From the IMG/VR virus record IMGVR_UViG_3300037010_001702, positions 124,001 to 188,000 of that record: a stretch of DNA of 64,000 nucleotides; one strand, written 5' to 3'. Every line of letters starts with the position of its first letter. Positions within the stretch are counted from its first letter, which is position 1. The notes beneath the pieces were generated by a model. It searched no databases, was not told the origin of the DNA, and saw nothing but the letters and a program-made list of their open reading frames with translations. Position numbers and translations under genes: made by a program. Positions 63,116 to 64,000 of this stretch are shown here, in pieces.

Positions 63116-63941
63116 GCCAGAAAAAGTTTATGATTTAACTGTTGATAAACACCACAACTATATTGTTAATGGTGCTGTTGTTTCGAATTGTCACGGTATC
63201 AAAGCTACTGTTGCGCAGAAACTTGTCAATGATAATGGTAAGCACATTGCATTCCGCTTTGGCGTAACAGGAACATTCCCTAAACCAGAGTCTGAAAAGC
63301 TTTCTCTTATTACTTCAATTGGGCCTATCCTCAAAGAGATTCCTGCTGCGTGGTTAATTGACCATGGTTATCTTGCTAAGGTTCAGATTCAGCCTGTTGA
63401 ATTGAATGAGAGTTATATCGATGAAGACTTTCCTGACTATGCTGCTGAGAAATCCTTCTTAGCTAAGAGCACTAATCGAATGGAGATCATTGCTGATTTG
63501 ATCATCTCTCAATGTGCAGCGCATGGCAATACTCTTGTCCTGGTTAACTCTATTCCATTTGGTGAAAAGTTAGCTAAGCTGATTAAGGGTGCTGTCTTTC
63601 TTTATGGCGAATCACCAAAAGACTTGCGCCGCGAACATTATGATATGTTTGAAGAGAATGATGATATAATAGTAATAGCCTCAGCAGGTATTGCTTCAAC
63701 AGGCCTCTCGATTGACCGTATTTTCTGTATGATGTTTGTAGATGCAGGTAAATCCTTCATCAAAGCTATTCAATCAGTAGGGCGCGGTCTTCGTATTGGA
63801 CATGACAAAGATTCTGTTATGGTTGTCGATGTTCACTCTAAACTAAAATGGGCAGTGAGGCACTTTAAGGAACGAGTGAAGCACTACAAAGAAGCTGGAT
63901 ACCCAATAAACAAGAAACAAACTTTGAAAGTAAAAGGTTAA
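63084..63941 (+). CDS. uvsW: Split IntC (35 aa) plus UvsW helicase C-terminal part
   Basis: VYDLTV..HNYIVNGAVVSN|CHG; RFGVTGT, STGLSI, IQSVGRGLR. Confidence 0.93.
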   Translation: MHLLKKEEIDKPEKVYDLTVDKHHNYIVNGAVVSNCHGIKATVAQKLVNDNGKHIAFRFGVTGTFPKPESEKLSLITSIGPILKEIPAAWLIDHGYLAKVQIQPVELNESYIDEDFPDYAAEKSFLAKSTNRMEIIADLIISQCAAHGNTLVLVNSIPFGEKLAKLIKGAVFLYGESPKDLRREHYDMFEENDDIIVIASAGIASTGLSIDRIFCMMFVDAGKSFIKAIQSVGRGLRIGHDKDSVMVVDVHSKLKWAVRHFKERVKHYKEAGYPINKKQTLKVKG

Positions 63942-64000
63942 ACTATAACTTTGCAGCATCAAATTCTAAATGCACTTTTTAGTGGTGAGTTTTGTTATCT

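Noticed and set aside
1-64000. Stop-codon reassignment as the cause of split genes
   Set aside because: Core genes are full length and end in TAA, TGA and TAG; the breaks involve frame changes and intein motifs.
1-64000. tRNA, rRNA or CRISPR arrays
   Set aside because: No cloverleaf/T-loop patterns or repeat-spacer arrays noticed in intergenic regions; a tRNAscan/Infernal run would be needed to exclude them.

Overview
A 64-kb segment of a large T4-like (probably jumbo) myovirus genome in the standard genetic code. In order it carries: a leftward baseplate operon (gp6 partial, gp25, gp5, hub, gp53, gp48/54-like); late sigma gp55 and gp47/gp46; the head module (gp20, gp21, gp22, gp23); neck, sheath and tube genes (gp13, gp14, gp15, gp18, gp19); two gp4-like nucleases, terminase and a tail fibre; an early accessory cluster; and gp32-uvsX-uvsY-uvsW. 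Main points of interest: (1) Two essential genes are fractured by split inteins. TerL has an atypically split intein (36-aa IntN) around a decayed Vsr-like endonuclease, and UvsW has a conventional split intein in its DECH motif around an intact endonuclease ORF. (2) A dispersed late-gene set shares an N-terminal signal resembling the T4 internal-protein capsid-targeting sequence (M-x-S-F-K-x-F-L-x-E). It encodes putative protein-modifying enzymes: three paralogous ADP-ribosyltransferase-like proteins plus decayed copies, a GNAT acetyltransferase, a protein-kinase-like enzyme and a zeta-like P-loop kinase. This is a candidate virion-packaged effector arsenal. (3) A degenerate terminase-ATPase paralogue lies between gp47 and gp46. 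(4) There is a family-A-like polymerase orphan. All functional calls come from motif reading by eye; no database search was run.
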